Shown here: piece after piece, positions 62,591-64,000 of the stretch | Layout: every line of letters starts with the position of its first letter | Numbering within the stretch: the stretch's first letter is position 1 | Made by a program: the position numbers and the translations under genes | Notes under the pieces: model-generated | The model's database searches: none | Told to the model about the DNA's origin: nothing | The model's input: only the letters and a program-made list of their open reading frames with translations | DNA from: Octopus sinensis | Lineage: Eukaryota | Assembly: GCF_006345805.1 (NCBI RefSeq) | Contig: NC_043000.1 | Coordinates: forward strand, 68,820,001 to 68,884,000 | Direction of reading: 5' to 3' | Length of the DNA: 64,000 bases

Positions 62591-63142
62591 AAAATTTTCA
62601 GTAGAGTATAGTTTGAGGTGGATTTGTTTGTAATTTCTAGCAGACTGAAGAACAGCATATAGATTTCCATTTGTATAACACATACAATTACTTATACAGT
62701 AATCTATTTTTTTCCAAAAATAGATTATTTTTTTTTAAGAAATAGTTTTAATTAGTTAACTGAGCGACACACATTAAACTATATATAATTACAACAAATA
62801 AATGAATATACCACATGGTCTATGAATAAACACTCGTAAAAAATTGGGGATTAAAGTTTGCATAACAATGAAAAAGAAGACCAAAAGAAGGCGTGAGAGC
62901 GGAAATGAAGTCAACGCAAGTGAAAGAAAAAAACTGAGAAATAACGAGCTCTTACTTACTAGAAACTCTATAAGAGAGTTTAGTTTCCATGTAGTGAGGT
63001 GTTCAAATCCCCATGTAGACATGGATGATTAATGAACAAATCGAAATATTCTTGCTGTTGTTGGAATTAGTTAATACTTGCCTGTCTATTTCATCATCAA
63101 CTCAGCTTTTCTTCATTCAGTCAAATACTGGGGGCGGTATAT

Positions 63143-63211
<69 letters not shown>

Positions 63212-63393
63212 GGCTTAGCTGGCTTAGAAGATGGCTTAGTTGACCGAAACTTTGGAGTTACTTTCAATAATATTCTTATTTAAGAATAAATTTGTACTCT
63301 ACAAAAGTATAGAGTAAACCAACAAATTAATATAAAATTATTTTTATTATAACAATGTAAAAACAAACAATTCCTATCGTGTGTGTGTGTGTG

Positions 63394-63425
<32 letters not shown>

Positions 63426-63462
63426 ATTTGTATGTATGTATATATATATATGTATGCGTGTG

Positions 63463-63624
63463 AAGGCGGTGAGCTGACAGAATCGTTAGCACGCCGGGCA
63501 AAATGCTTAGCAGCATTTCGTCCGTCTTTACAGCCTGGGTTCAAATTTCTGAGGTCGATAAAATAAATGCCTGTTGAACCTTCCTTGAAATTGTTGGCCT
63601 TGTGTCAAAATTTGAAATCAATAT

Positions 63625-63625
<1 letters not shown>
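63463..63625 (+). mobile_element. Internally deleted tRNA-derived SINE followed by (TAGA)n to 63710
   Basis: AAGGCGGTGAGCTGACAGAATCGTTAGCACGCCGGGC head, GGGTTCAAATT and GGCCTTGTGTCAAAATTTGAA tail. Confidence 0.85.
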
Positions 63626-63710
<85 letters not shown>

Positions 63711-64000
63711 CTGAAAGAGAGAGAATGAGAGAGAGGTGTAGAGGTTAGGGTGTTGCACTCACGAACTCAAGATCATGGCTCCTATTCTCGGCCCAGGCGG
63801 TGCGTTATGTTCTTGAGCAAAACGTTTCATCTCACGTTGGTCTGCAATCGTTTCGTCATCTGATGTGTGGCAAATGTCAAAGTGATCCTACACCACCACA
63901 TGTACAGGCAATGTCAGTTTTATGAAGAGAGTGAGCTACTTATATTCTGGAAAGGAAGTATTATGATGGAATTGTCACTCTGTGGTCTTTTGATAGCAAA

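Noticed and set aside
63211-63260. TAGAAGATGGC...GACCGAAAC, PLE-hammerhead-like
   Set aside because: The core is disrupted and there is no NUH or stem I partner. Possibly a dead PLE relic, but not supportable.
2566-63566. Many ORF-track entries rich in YI/IY, CV/VC, HT/TH, RE or poly-L/I
   Set aside because: They are translations of (TA)n, (TG)n, (GA)n, (AAT)n and (TAG)n microsatellites, with no protein-family signal.

Overview
AT-rich, microsatellite- and transposon-dense animal genomic DNA, most likely from an octopus (inferred from the SINE/LINE families and a protostome-type Tsg protein; not database-verified). The only intact host gene is twisted gastrulation (tsg/TWSG1) on the + strand. 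It has three coding exons (12927-13149, 21205-21414, 29546-30075; 320 aa) with canonical GT-AG phase-1 introns. Relative to the vertebrate/fly pattern it carries an extra cysteine and a 104-aa charged C-terminal tail. The rest is repeats: tRNA-derived SINEs, RTE, CRE and other RLE-type LINE fragments, mariner/maT and hAT relics, and Penelope-like (PLE) pieces. The most notable signal is a set of hammerhead ribozymes read directly from the sequence. Two unrelated ~335-360 bp tandem repeat families (5.5-6.0 kb and 60.6-61.5 kb) carry type I hammerheads with the rare compensatory U3-A8 core (UUGAUAA). A canonical-core hammerhead with a long branched stem II (46.8 kb) lies downstream of an open GIY-YIG endonuclease frame. 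Together these look like a retrozyme/PLE system that could release a 336-nt self-cleaved RNA. A CpG-poor to CpG-rich transition is visible near 43.4 kb.
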